From Thelocarpon superellum (taxonomy: Eukaryota), in the NCBI GenBank assembly GCA_026025795.1, contig JAPEUG010000037.1:1-64000 (forward strand): a DNA stretch of 64,000 nucleotides, in the 5' to 3' direction. The notes under the pieces were generated by a model. It worked only from the letters and a program-made list of their open reading frames with translations, searched no databases and was not told where the DNA came from. Both the position numbers and the translations under genes were made by a program. This document shows, piece by piece, positions 62,192 through 64,000 of the stretch (its first letter is position 1; every line of letters begins with the position of its first letter).

Positions 62192-64000
62192 AGCGAGCTC
62201 CCTTCGTGGCAGTGCGACGGTTCGCTTCCTCTCGCAATCTCCCTTTCGTCGCACCTCTTGAGACGTGAACGATGTCTGCGATGACCTCTGACCCCTTCTG
62301 CATTGGATCTAGCGACATTTTCGCGGCGTGCTAGACCTGGTGACATCTATTTCAGCATCGTGGGATGGTCTCTTACGGGGGCTTGAACATCGTGGCGTTT
62401 GGGTGCTTGACCTACGAAACACCATGAATCTAGCGATGCAACCATCAGTCGGGAACTGCGAAATTTTGTCGGAGAAACGGCTACGATATTTTAAGATGGC
62501 GCACGTAGCACGCGTTGATCTAGGCGTTTGGAAGCAAAGCAGGTCTTGGAACAGCGTGCGTGAAACTGTCTCAGGCGGCGATGACCGTGTGACGACGGCT
62601 TAAGACGGCAGAAGAAGCTACGGGCGATGTCGACAAACATGGCGGATGTGTATCGTCTATGGTGTCTGACCTGTGGCGCCTGATACTTGATGCTTGATGC
62701 CTGGTGCCTCATGCTTGGTGCTTGGTGCATCAGAGACCACGCCGTCGCCGCAGCACGATCGATTCATCGACGCATAGCACGAAGGATATTTCAGGAAACG
62801 AACGTGTCGCGAAGTTTGTTCTCTCCGACCGCGTGTGTCGCAGGCTCAAGGCTAACTTCATGCTTGACCACTCCCATCTTGAGCCACGCCGTCTTGATGT
62901 CACGATTGCCTCTCATGGTATGCTCTGTCTAATACTATCGCTGGTAACAGGAGATAAGTACTCGTGAGACGGAGCCACGCACGACCTCCCCTCAAGACCG
63001 CTGTTGGTGGTGACCCATGAGTACATAATTCCGTCTCTTGAAACGCGGGAATGTGCGGAGTCCAAAGGTCGGCCTCTTGATCTAGTTCAGTAAATCGGTG
63101 ACAAGGTCGACGTCGGCGGGGAGAGGTAGCAACAAAGGCGTCACTGTGCTACTGTTTGCATCGACTCAGCGTGGAAGGAAACAGTGCGCGGACGACGTAG
63201 GATGCAAGTTTGTGGGGTGCTTCTCATATACTTCCGAGCAATACGAGGAGGTGCGAGTACGGAGAGCTCCGGCTGCTCCGCCCACCTGCCAAGTAGGGTA
63301 TGGGTGCTGTGGCAGAACGTGCCCGCCTAGTCTGGAAATCATCCACAAAATGGAAACCTCAGCGCCACGGATCAAGAAAGGCTGCCCCGAGCTGTTTCGG
63401 CTGAGGCGACGCGAGTCTATGCATAGCCAGCGGATGACCTGTGCGGTCTTTCGCCACGCGTGCGCCGCATCATGGTGACGACAACACTACGGCGTGTAAG
63501 ATGAATTCTCATGCGTGCCCCACCTCGCATCCTGCAGGAAGCGATCGGATGGCTGGGGGCTCCACTGCCTGGGCGATTGTGGGGTGCACACGTCCCCACG
63601 AGGTTGATTCATCCGTTTGATCCACATCAGATACCACTGGACGGTGCCTACGAGTACATGGGCGAGCACAGAAACGGTGGCGTCAAGTCGTGACGAGATT
63701 GACGCGATGCATCATCTTACTGGCAGCTGCCAACACGGCAGACGACGATAGGATGGCTGTCATTTCAGTTGCTTGGGGCTGGAAACGGGAGACGCATGCT
63801 AGGGCAAGTTGACCAACTTGATCATTCACGCGGCAAATTCTTTGCTCGGCAGCCGTCGATTCAAGAGATTTTGACCGGTTGGCTTGCCGAGACGGAAGAC
63901 GGGATTGACCGTACCCACATTGGCACGACATACTCGTACGGGTAGGCTAGAACGCTGGGCCGACGAGTAGAATGGTGGAAAGTGGTACCAACGAGTCGTG

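Noticed and set aside
62192..64000. Short ORFs at the right end of the window
   Set aside because: No recognisable protein motifs or consistent exon chain on either strand.

Overview
Gene-dense, GC-rich, intron-containing nuclear DNA of a filamentous ascomycete (Pezizomycotina-like: mostly 46-120 nt GT-AG introns with CTRAC-type branch sites). I can model 21 protein-coding genes by hand. Nearly all are conserved housekeeping genes: LSM3 (5' part, missed by the ORF track), an AEP2/ATP13-like PPR protein, MIP1, a SIM+RING ligase, a UPF0052/CofD-like protein, a DHA2-type MFS transporter, a GH5 glucanase, TEL1/ATM, a SAF1-like F-box/RCC1 protein, NUP192, CUL4, a ZRG17-like CDF transporter, a PIG-Y-like protein, GCV3, MRP17, an orphan membrane protein, MGM1, DUG3, TUL1, DPB11/Cut5 and an alpha-arrestin. 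I saw no transposase, biosynthetic cluster, CRISPR array, rRNA or convincing tRNA. The most unusual structure is a 240-bp non-coding foldback (39333-39572) that encloses a diverged 104-bp copy of the neighbouring ZRG17-like exon between two hairpin-forming direct repeats. Other leads: a possibly structured RNA between TEL1 and SAF1, a recurrent intergenic TACTCGT motif, a GC-AG intron in DUG3, and near-abutting convergent GH5/TEL1 ends. All gene identities come from motif recognition, not database searches, and exon boundaries are manual predictions.
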